Positions 57,501-64,000 of a stretch of DNA of 64,000 nt are shown in pieces. Origin of the DNA: Candidatus Eiseniibacteriota bacterium (lineage in GTDB: Bacteria > Eisenbacteria > RBG-16-71-46 > CAIMUX01 > VGJL01); NCBI GenBank assembly GCA_963792585.1, contig CAWBWI010000003.1:864001-928000 (forward strand), given 5' to 3'. The position numbers and the translations under genes were made by a program. The notes under the pieces are model-generated. The model was not told the DNA's origin. It made no database searches and worked only from the letters and a program-made list of their open reading frames with translations. The first letter of the stretch is position 1, and every line of letters begins with the position of its first letter.

Positions 57501-58080
57501 TGGAGGCCATCAGCGGGATCTCCTCGGGAGTCTTGCCGCACGTCTCGATGGCACGGATTGCCGCCGTGAGCGCGCACTTCGCCTGCAGGATGTCCTGGCA
57601 GGTCTCCACGATGAGGAGGTCGGCACCCCCTTCGATCAACCCGAGCGCCTGTTCCAGGTAGGATTCGAGCATGTCGCGCCAGGTGGTGTGGCCGAGGGTC
57701 AGCAGCTTTGTCCCGGGGCCCATGGAGCCGGCGACGAATCGCGGGCGATCGGAGGTCGAGTAACGGTCCACCGCCGCGCGGGCCACCTCGGCCGCGCGCC
57801 GGTTGATCTCGCGCGTCCGCTCGACGAGGTCAAACTCGGCGAAGACGAGCTTGTTCGCGCCAAAAGTATCGGTTTCGATCACGTCGGCGCCTGCGGAGAG
57901 AAAACTCTCGTGGATCGCCTGAATCACCTCGGGACGCGTGAGCACCAGGACCTCGGTGCAGTTCTCCCGCCCGAGGTAGTCCGTTTCCAGATCGAGCGGC
58001 AGCGGATGGATCGATGTCCCCATGGCCCCGTCGAAGACGAGGACACGCTTCTCGACTTGCTGTGCGAACCGACTGATCAT
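54547..58080 (-). CDS. metH: cobalamin-dependent methionine synthase
   Basis: DGAMGT, GLNCATG, GGCCGT, GERTN.NGS, KGDVHDIGKN, GLSGLL, RYSFGYPACP, HHPEAKYF. Confidence 0.97.
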   Translation of the reverse strand: MISRFAQQVEKRVLVFDGAMGTSIHPLPLDLETDYLGRENCTEVLVLTRPEVIQAIHESFLSAGADVIETDTFGANKLVFAEFDLVERTREINRRAAEVARAAVDRYSTSDRPRFVAGSMGPGTKLLTLGHTTWRDMLESYLEQALGLIEGGADLLIVETCQDILQAKCALTAAIRAIETCGKTPEEIPLMASITIETTGTMLLGTEIAAAAEILRNFPIFSLGLNCATGPLEMTEHVKWLSRHWARPISVIPNAGIPALVDGKADFPLQPEEFARTLVRFVEQFGVRLVGGCCGTRPEHIERLKTLLGDRAPVRIDKAPAPAGCASLYSPVAFRQDTSFLIVGERTNTNGSRKFKRLLAEEDWDGLVAMGREQARDGSHVIDVSVDCVGRDGARDMREVIRRFGSAVPLPLMLDSTQIDVLEAGLELAPGKCILNSTNLEDGEERFARICALARFHGAAVVLGTIDEDPGEAMAKTADRKLTIAERMYDLAVNTHGLRPEDLFFDALVLPITTGVEADRRLALETVEGVRRIAERFPDCQTILGISNVSFGLKQSARVVLNSVFLHECVAAGLTSAIVHASKILPRNRIDPTRWNAALDLIYDRRRDAFDPLTAFIQIFADEDEPDEGARRAHLADLPLEERLRRHIVDGEREGLTASLDEALLKYDPLVIVNDHLLDGMKEVGRLFASGEMQLPFVLQSAEVMKAAVGYLEPHMPKVGGAARGKMVLATVKGDVHDIGKNLVDIILTNNGYSVVNLGIKQPISAILEAYREHRADAIGLSGLLVKSVAVMQENLEEMQTLGLEVPVILGGAALTRAYAEETLRGIYPHTHYGNDAFEGLRFMDQVSTGRIAVLDKEVAERVERLAGPRRRERHEAVVGSTGCATEVGGPAPAEGPGGLRALPRSDVARDVIVPHPPFWGDRVVERVDLDEIYPYINKIALFRGQWQFRKRGLSPEKLEAVLRDEVEPIFARLQEQCRNERILEPSVAYGWFPVHADGDALVVLDPHDPNREIERFVFPRQRDGRRLCIADFFRAKESGEIDVLGLACVTVGSEVSRRAKQLFEADAYSEYLFLHGFGVECAEALAEMWHKRMRMELGISGEDSPRIRELFQQRYRGSRYSFGYPACPDLSEQAKIWRLLRPERIGCTLTDTWQIEPEQSTSALIVHHPEAKYFTA

Positions 58081-58164
58081 TGCCGGGTGTTTCTCCGCGA
58101 TGGTGACCGGACGACGAACCGAGAAGCCCTCGCCGCCGCGGTCGAGGGTTCCATCGTTACGCAG

Positions 58165-58268
58165 AGTCGGGCGTTGCTTGGCCCATCCGTTGAAGAGCCT
58201 GGCATCTCGTTCACCGCGGGAGCTGCTCTCGCCGGGTGTGGATCGCGGCCCACGCCCCTCGCTGAATC
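58165..58268 (-). ncRNA. putative riboswitch in the metH leader (SAH-like core)
   Basis: Minus strand CGAGGGGCG...GCCAGGCTC..CAACGG...CAACGCCC, with possible GGGCG/CGCCC pseudoknot pairing. Confidence 0.45.
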
Positions 58269-58386
58269 TTCCCTTTCACTATGACGGAACCGGCTCCGGC
58301 GAGGCAACCACTCGCCATGACATCGGGCGGCATGGGTGACGAAGGAGGATCCTCCGAGGTCCCGAATCCTCCAATCCGACCGCCGC

Positions 58387-58416
58387 TTGACCGGCCTGAC
58401 GGCGTTCTCCTAGTCT
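58387..58416 (+). promoter_or_regulatory. sigma70-type promoter, probably for a leaderless mRNA
   Basis: TTGACC-N18-TAGTCT, 6 nt before ATG 58423, no Shine-Dalgarno. Confidence 0.55.
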
Positions 58417-58422
58417 TTGCGA

Positions 58423-59496
58423 ATGAGCACACCGAGCGATGTATTCTTCTGTCCTGTTCCCGATGCCCATTCCACCGGGTGGACCAAGGCCGTGGGTCGT
58501 CTGCTGGACCACGCCGAGCTGGGCGGCTTCGTCGATTCGAATGACCGGGTCGCGATCAAGGTCCACGTCGGCGAGCCGGGCCTGAAGACGGCGCTCCCCC
58601 CGGAAATCGCCGGCACGGTCGCGCGAAGGCTCCGCGATGTCGGCGCTTCTCCCTTCTTCACCGACACGGCCGTTCTCTATCCGGGCCGCCGGAGCAATGG
58701 CGTCACCCACGCCGAGGTCGCCGTGGAGCACGGATTCACCCTCGAGCGAAACGGAGCGGTCTTCATCCCCGCCGACGGGATCGCCGGCAACCTCGAGGTC
58801 GATGTCGCGGTCGCGGGCAGGCACTTCGAGACGGTGGGCATTGCCGAGGCGATCGCCGGCGCGAATGCGATCGTAGCGGTCTCCCACATGACCGGCCACA
58901 TGCTCTCCGGCTTCGGCGCCACGTTGAAAAACATCGGGATGGGGTGCTCATCCCGGAAAGGGAAGCTCCTGCAGCACAGCGACACGAAGCCTTACATCAA
59001 GGACGGATGCGCGGCATGCGGCGACTGCGTCGACCACTGTCCCACCGGGGCCCTGAGCAGGGACGGCGACGGACGCGCCCATATCGACGAGTCCAGCTGT
59101 TCCGGGTGCGGTGAGTGTCTCGCCCTGTGCCGCTGCGGCGCGATCGGTTTCCGCTGGGATTCCGGCTCCGCCGCGATGCAGGAGAAGATGGTCGAGCACG
59201 CGCTCGGCACGATGCGCGCCATGAAGCGGAAGATCATCTGCCTTCTCGGGATCGTCGACCTCACGCAACACTGTGATTGCTGGGCGCCGGGCTCGCCCCG
59301 GGTCGCGTCCGACGTCGGCTTCGCCCTCTCACGCGATCCCGTGGCCCTCGATCAGGCCGCCCTCGATCTCGTCGCCTCCGTCACGGGCACGCCCCTCGAT
59401 CGTCTCGCGTGGCCCAATCTCGACGGGACGGTGCAGCTCTCCTACGCGGAGAGCTTGGGGCTCGGGAGCCGCAGTTACCGACTCATCGAGATATAG
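58423..59496 (+). CDS. DUF362 protein with 2x[4Fe-4S] ferredoxin domain
   Basis: KVHVGEPG, Y.GRR.NG..H, SHMTGH..GFGA.LKNIGMG, CAACGDC..HCP, CSGCGEC...C, CDC, DPVALD.A. Confidence 0.9.
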   Translation: MSTPSDVFFCPVPDAHSTGWTKAVGRLLDHAELGGFVDSNDRVAIKVHVGEPGLKTALPPEIAGTVARRLRDVGASPFFTDTAVLYPGRRSNGVTHAEVAVEHGFTLERNGAVFIPADGIAGNLEVDVAVAGRHFETVGIAEAIAGANAIVAVSHMTGHMLSGFGATLKNIGMGCSSRKGKLLQHSDTKPYIKDGCAACGDCVDHCPTGALSRDGDGRAHIDESSCSGCGECLALCRCGAIGFRWDSGSAAMQEKMVEHALGTMRAMKRKIICLLGIVDLTQHCDCWAPGSPRVASDVGFALSRDPVALDQAALDLVASVTGTPLDRLAWPNLDGTVQLSYAESLGLGSRSYRLIEI

Positions 59497-59545
59497 ATCC
59501 CGGACGGAGGTCCCTACACGGAAGTCCCGGCGGCGCCGGTGCGGA

Positions 59546-60544
59546 TTAGTCTGCCATCGCCTCCGGGCCGCCATGGATGGCATCCTCGATGCGGCGGCGT
59601 AGGCGCGGGCCCCAAGGATTGCCGTCGAATGGAAGCGCATCGGGGTCAAAGAAGGCGACCTCGAGGCTCTCGACGCCGTCAGGACGCAGCTCGCCGCCTT
59701 CCACCTCGCACAGAAAGCTCGCGACGGCCAGCCACACCTGATCGCCGTTAGGGTAGGTGCTGCGCTGCTCCGGTCCGGTGTAGAAGCCGCCCAGCCGTAC
59801 GGGGCGCACCCGAAGGCCTGTCTCCTCGAAAACCTCACGGGAGCAGGTGAGGTCGATGCGTTCCCCCAACTCCATCCCGCCGGCGGGGAGGCCCCAGAGG
59901 CCGGTGTCGCCGCGGCGATGGAGGAGGATTCGTCCTTCCGCGTCACGCACGACCGCGCAGGCGCACGGCATGAGAAGGGGCTCACTGCCGACGCGCCCAC
60001 GGAGCCAGCGGATCAACCCCTCCGGATGGGGATTCGCATCTTCGAGGCGGCCCGCGTCATGGCGTGTTGGGCCGTCGGTCGCGCGCGCGTCGTGGAGCAT
60101 CTGCTCGTACCAGGGGAAGAGCTTCGGCGCCTCCTCGATCGGGAGGAACTTCTGGCCGAGCGACTCGGTGCCGTCGGGGTGATCGGCGCCCCCCGCGATC
60201 GAACACTCGAAGCAGGCGGTCACCTGCTGGACGACGTCCCCGTTGCGGTAGTGGACATTGTATTCGGGCGATGTGTAGAGGCCGACGAAGCGGCCGGGCC
60301 GCACGTCGAACCCCGTCTCCTCGCGCGCCTCGCGCACGAGCGTCTGTCGGATCGTCTCGCCCGGCTCGAGCAGGCCGCCGGGAAGACCCCAGATCTTGAA
60401 ATCGCCGCGGTGTTGAAAGAGGATGCGGCCCTGCGCGTCGCGGATGAGCGCGGTCGCGTAGACGAGAAGAATCGGCGCATTGCCGACTCGAGAGCGGATC
60501 CACTCCAGATAGGTGGCGGACGGCTGTGGATCAGGATGCTGCAT
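59546..60544 (-). CDS. tandem (double) NUDIX hydrolase
   Basis: Two Nudix boxes: GLLEPGETIRQTLVREAREETG and GGMELGERIDLTCSREVFEETG. Confidence 0.9.
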   Translation of the reverse strand: MQHPDPQPSATYLEWIRSRVGNAPILLVYATALIRDAQGRILFQHRGDFKIWGLPGGLLEPGETIRQTLVREAREETGFDVRPGRFVGLYTSPEYNVHYRNGDVVQQVTACFECSIAGGADHPDGTESLGQKFLPIEEAPKLFPWYEQMLHDARATDGPTRHDAGRLEDANPHPEGLIRWLRGRVGSEPLLMPCACAVVRDAEGRILLHRRGDTGLWGLPAGGMELGERIDLTCSREVFEETGLRVRPVRLGGFYTGPEQRSTYPNGDQVWLAVASFLCEVEGGELRPDGVESLEVAFFDPDALPFDGNPWGPRLRRRIEDAIHGGPEAMAD

Positions 60545-60596
60545 GGCTCCACTGTAACCGATCATGGAGGCGCAGGCCCGCGTCGGGCGTCGCGTC

Positions 60597-61026
60597 GCGG
60601 GCTTCGCGTCCGGCGGGCGCCTCCAGTCGGCGCATAGCGCAGCTCCTTCCGGCGTCCGCCTCCCGCTCGCCCGTGGACCGCCGGCGGTCTGCGCGCGGGC
60701 TTCGCGTCCGGCGGGTGCCTCCAGTCGGCGCATAGCGCAGCTCCTTCCAGCGCCCGCCTCCCGCTCGCCCGTGGACCGCCGCTGGCCTGCGTGCGGGCGT
60801 CACGCCGCGCGACGCGGCGCGGGCTTCGCGTCCGGCGGGCGCCTTCAGTCGGCGCATAGCGCAGCTCCTTCCGGCGTCCGCCTCCCGCTCGCCCGTGGGC
60901 CGCCGCTGGCCTGCGTGCGGGCGTCACGCCGCGCGTCGCGCCGCGGGCGTCGCGTCCGGCGGGTGCCTCCAGTCGGCGCATAGCGCAGCTCCTTCCAGCA
61001 CCCGCCTCCCGCTCGCCCGTGGACCG
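60597..61026. repeat. four tandem copies of an 84-bp palindromic (REP/MITE-like) unit
   Basis: Units start at 60597, 60695, 60819 and 60943; core GGCGGGYGCC..GGCGCATAGCGCAGCT..RGCRYCCGCC; linkers of 14, 40 and 40 nt. Confidence 0.9.
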
Positions 61027-61040
61027 TCGGGGCGATCCAG

Positions 61041-64000
61041 CTATCTGAGGATGACCAGGCGCCGGCTCTCCCGGTACGGTCCGGCCTCGATCCTGTAGAA
61101 GTAAACACCCGCACCCACCCGCCGGTGCGCGCCGTCCGTGCCGTCCCAGACGAGGGCATGCCCACCGGCGCTTCGCGGCCCGTTCAGGAGCCTGCGCACG
61201 AGGCGACCGCTCACGTCGAATACGCTGAGGCGGACGTCGCTGGGCGTCGCGAGGTGGAATCGAAGTGTCGTCGCATCCAGGAACGGATTCGGCCCCCCGG
61301 GCAGGATTCGCGTCCGGAGTGCCGGCGGGGTGTCCCCGATTCCCGCGGCATAGAGATAGCTCACCTGGGCGGCCTCCGCGCTCTGTCGCAAATCGTCGAG
61401 GGACGAGCCGCCGATGAGAGCGAACGCGAACTCCTGCATCTCGCCCGGAGCGAGATCGAAGGGTCCGGTCGCGGCAAGCACTCCATAGTCGTCCGGGTTG
61501 GGCGCACTCTTCAAGATGTGGGCCGAGTCCGAAGCGGACAAGAATGCGAACTTGTCGGCATCCAGAATGTACTCGTTCGGGTAGACATACGTCGGATTGT
61601 GGATCAGGGTCAGATGACGGTGCACAACCTGGACGCTGTCACCGTCTCCTCCCCGTTCGCCGGCGAGTAGCCGCAGGCCGGCATACGTCGAGCCGTCGGT
61701 CAGGAAGGCGAGGCCCGGGCCCTCTTCGACGGCTCCGGTATTCGTCGTATAGGTCAAGGAGTTGATGTCCAGGTCGAGGAAGAGCCCTGCGTAAAGGCCG
61801 GCGAGCGGCTGTTCCGAGCGATTCCGAACGAGGTAACGGAGAACGACGAAGTTCTCCCTCGGAGCGGACAGGAATCCCCATGACTCCTGCTGGACCGTGA
61901 TTCCGAGCGGTTGCGCCGCTCCTTCATCAGAGAAGAACGCCTGAATGTCCTGGTCCGACTGGTTGTCGGTGCTGTACCAGATGTGCCCGTCTGGATCGCG
62001 CGATACGTCCCACTCCTTGCTCGGGTCGAGATCGTAGTCTCGATTCTCGACAGTGGCCGCATCACTCGCGATCCAGAAACTGCCGACGAAGAGCAGGTTC
62101 TGGACGCCGGCCGGATAGATGAAGCCGTTTCCCTGGGTTCCCGTCGCATCCATGAAACCGACGATCCCGCGATCCGTCACGGTCAGGCTGCAGTTGCCGG
62201 CGATCTGGTCGGCGTAGTCGCGTGACTCGGTGCAGCCAACCGGGTACGCCCCCATCAGTGCGCAGCCGGGCGGAGAGTGTGGAGCACAAGGGGAATTGTC
62301 CTGGAGATGGTAGTCCCCGTCCATGGAGTCACAATAGAAGGGATCCTGGCCGATGTTTCCGTTCAAACCGAGCTGGTCGGCGATTCCCCCCACCCAGTCC
62401 CCACCGGCATTGCCGAAGATGTCGCAGCATGAGAGGTTCGCGCCCTGAGGCTCGTCGCACCAGACGCCCGGGCCGGGCACGTTGAAGCTCACGATCGTGT
62501 TGGCAAAGCTCGCGTGGGAGCCCTCTCCCAGGTAGACGGCCGACCCATTGTCCGGCCGGCCGGACGGCGGGTAGGCGGCGTTGTTCTTGTCGATGGTCGT
62601 CCCGGAGTTGGTTACCGTGGACGAGAGCGCATAGTAGGCCGATCCGTTGGTGCCCGCCGTGTTGCCGGTGAACAGGCAGTTCACGAGGGCCGGCGTCGAG
62701 TTCAGGAAGTAGGCTCCGCCGCCGTAGATCGTCGCCCCGTTCGCGTTGAAGATGCATCGGGAGAAGATCGTCGAGCAGCTCGATCCATAGACGCCCCCTC
62801 CACGCGCGGTCGCCTGGTTGTTGTCGAACGTGCAGATGGAAACGACCGGGCTTAGAACGCCCGTGCTGTAGGTCCAGATCCCGGCGCCGCCGATCGCACT
62901 ATTGTCGATGAATGCGCAATGGCTGATCTCGGGATTGGCGTCCCCCGAGCAAAAGGCCCCGCCGCCGTCATTGGTCGCCTCGTTGTCGGCGAACACGCAC
63001 TGGTCGATCGTGGGCGAAGCGTCGATGCAGTAGATGCCGCCACCGTTGACCCCTCGTCCTCTCTTGACGGTGATGCCGTCCAGAAGGGAGCGATACTCCT
63101 CATACGTCTGGAACTTGACCCCCTGGCCGCCGCTCTGACAATCGATGATGCAGGACTCGGGGAGCCCTGAGACGGAGAAGACCGCGATCTTCTTCCCCAG
63201 GAAGTCGATGCCCCGGTTTCCCTGGCCCGTGTAGGTGCCATCCAGCAACCCGACGGCAAAGCCGTCACCGAGTTGATTGATGGCGGCCTGGACGTTGGCG
63301 TAGTCGCCGGTGCCATCCGCTTCGACGGTGGAGCCACGGACCAGGTCAATGCCGCAGGCAGTTCCATGATCGAAGAGCGCGAATTGTCCGCACTCCGACT
63401 GAAACATGCTCGTCGCGCTGTGTCCGACGCCCGGAACGTCGGCCACTGTCTGGATGCATGGGCGGGAGGTCTCGGCGTAGAAATGAGCCAGGTAGTTCTT
63501 GTAGATGATGCCTCGGTCGTACCGACGCCGACCTTGGAGATTGGCCGCGCACACCATGTCGAGCTGATCGGTGAGCGTGTCGGCGGTGCCGAGGAGGTAC
63601 ATGACGCGACGCAAGCGAAACGACTCGATCAGGGTCAGGTCGCCGACGCGGCCCATGTAGTGGCCCACTGGGATCGCTTCAAAGCCATACTTGTAGTGAT
63701 TGAAGGTCGGACAGTCGGCAATGGTCTGCGCGTCGGGGATCGCGTAGTCGTACTGGGTCCCCTGAATCCATCGCGTTTGGTCGAGATACATGTAGGAAGA
63801 CGGATTGGCGACCGTGTAGCTCACCGTGATGCCGTAGTCGTCGAGCAGGTCTTGTTCGACCTGGTTTCCGATCGAGTAGCGATTCACGAACTGACCGCCT
63901 GCGGAGTGGCCGGCGACGACGATCTTTCGGAGGTTGACGTTGTTCTGCGCCAACCGCGTCAGAATCGAATCGACAACGGAGTATGAGCTAATCGAGGCGG
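61041..64000 (-). CDS. large modular, probably secreted protein: alpha/beta-hydrolase + beta-helix repeats + C-terminal FlgD-Ig/T9SS-like domain (5' end beyond the window)
   Basis: GHSAGGQF, ANPSSY, GVGH; GGGIY/FxxN repeats; PNPF...T.LRF.L...V.L.VFDVSGRLVR.L...WDG...GVYFY. The frame is open to the window edge. Confidence 0.85.
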   Translation of the reverse strand, partial: ASISSYSVVDSILTRLAQNNVNLRKIVVAGHSAGGQFVNRYSIGNQVEQDLLDDYGITVSYTVANPSSYMYLDQTRWIQGTQYDYAIPDAQTIADCPTFNHYKYGFEAIPVGHYMGRVGDLTLIESFRLRRVMYLLGTADTLTDQLDMVCAANLQGRRRYDRGIIYKNYLAHFYAETSRPCIQTVADVPGVGHSATSMFQSECGQFALFDHGTACGIDLVRGSTVEADGTGDYANVQAAINQLGDGFAVGLLDGTYTGQGNRGIDFLGKKIAVFSVSGLPESCIIDCQSGGQGVKFQTYEEYRSLLDGITVKRGRGVNGGGIYCIDASPTIDQCVFADNEATNDGGGAFCSGDANPEISHCAFIDNSAIGGAGIWTYSTGVLSPVVSICTFDNNQATARGGGVYGSSCSTIFSRCIFNANGATIYGGGAYFLNSTPALVNCLFTGNTAGTNGSAYYALSSTVTNSGTTIDKNNAAYPPSGRPDNGSAVYLGEGSHASFANTIVSFNVPGPGVWCDEPQGANLSCCDIFGNAGGDWVGGIADQLGLNGNIGQDPFYCDSMDGDYHLQDNSPCAPHSPPGCALMGAYPVGCTESRDYADQIAGNCSLTVTDRGIVGFMDATGTQGNGFIYPAGVQNLLFVGSFWIASDAATVENRDYDLDPSKEWDVSRDPDGHIWYSTDNQSDQDIQAFFSDEGAAQPLGITVQQESWGFLSAPRENFVVLRYLVRNRSEQPLAGLYAGLFLDLDINSLTYTTNTGAVEEGPGLAFLTDGSTYAGLRLLAGERGGDGDSVQVVHRHLTLIHNPTYVYPNEYILDADKFAFLSASDSAHILKSAPNPDDYGVLAATGPFDLAPGEMQEFAFALIGGSSLDDLRQSAEAAQVSYLYAAGIGDTPPALRTRILPGGPNPFLDATTLRFHLATPSDVRLSVFDVSGRLVRRLLNGPRSAGGHALVWDGTDGAHRRVGAGVYFYRIEAGPYRESRRLVILR

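Noticed and set aside
58190..58295. Cobalamin riboswitch (TGAAAGGGAA ... GCCAG) upstream of metH
   Set aside because: The CCCGC-ACTGT core and a complete B12 box are not evident. SAH-like motifs fit better, though neither is confirmed.
60545..60983. Repeat-encoded ORFs (MRRLEAPAGR...) and the extended NUDIX N-terminus
   Set aside because: These are translations of the palindromic DNA repeat. A -10 box directly precedes ATG 60544.
60597..61026. CRISPR array
   Set aside because: Units are 84 bp, two linkers are nearly identical rather than unique spacers, and no cas genes are present.
1..64000. tRNA, rRNA, integrase or prophage genes
   Set aside because: None was recognised by eye. The intergenic gaps are short and explained by other features.

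Overview
GC-rich bacterial chromosomal window. The centre (about 7.0-44.4 kb) is a near-complete single-locus flagellar cluster: motAB, flgBCDEFGAHIJKLN, a flgM-like gene, fliEFGHIJKLMNOPQR, flhABFG, fliA, one flagellin, a sigma54 activator, HDOD and HD-GYP-like proteins and a lytic transglycosylase. Its most striking trait is hybrid regulation. An alphaproteobacterial-style flagellin-flbT-flaF module sits behind a sigma28-type promoter alongside fliA and flgM-like genes, with no fliD, fliS, fliW or che genes in the cluster. Four sigma54 promoters, each preceded by paired CGGCA-N6-KCCG-like sites, and four sigma28 promoters can be read directly from the sequence. The left flank holds a DUF362 protein, an APC permease, cysK/cysE, an MBL hydrolase and a GGT. 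The right flank holds a GWxTD/TPR protein, a DUF222-like HNH protein next to an IS481-like end remnant, a GT39-like transferase, a POTRA-less Omp85 barrel, a Cys-rich repeat protein with a TWGxxKxxYR tail, metH with a riboswitch-like leader, a DUF362-ferredoxin, a double NUDIX hydrolase, an 84-bp structured repeat array and a partial modular hydrolase. Patchy indel frameshifts (cysK, cysE, flgG, flhA, fliR, fliO/P, fliM, fliI) look like sequencing errors. The protein styles suggest an Eisenbacteria/Krumholzibacteria/Latescibacteria-like candidate-phylum organism (inference only). All family assignments come from motif recognition by eye; no database searches were run.
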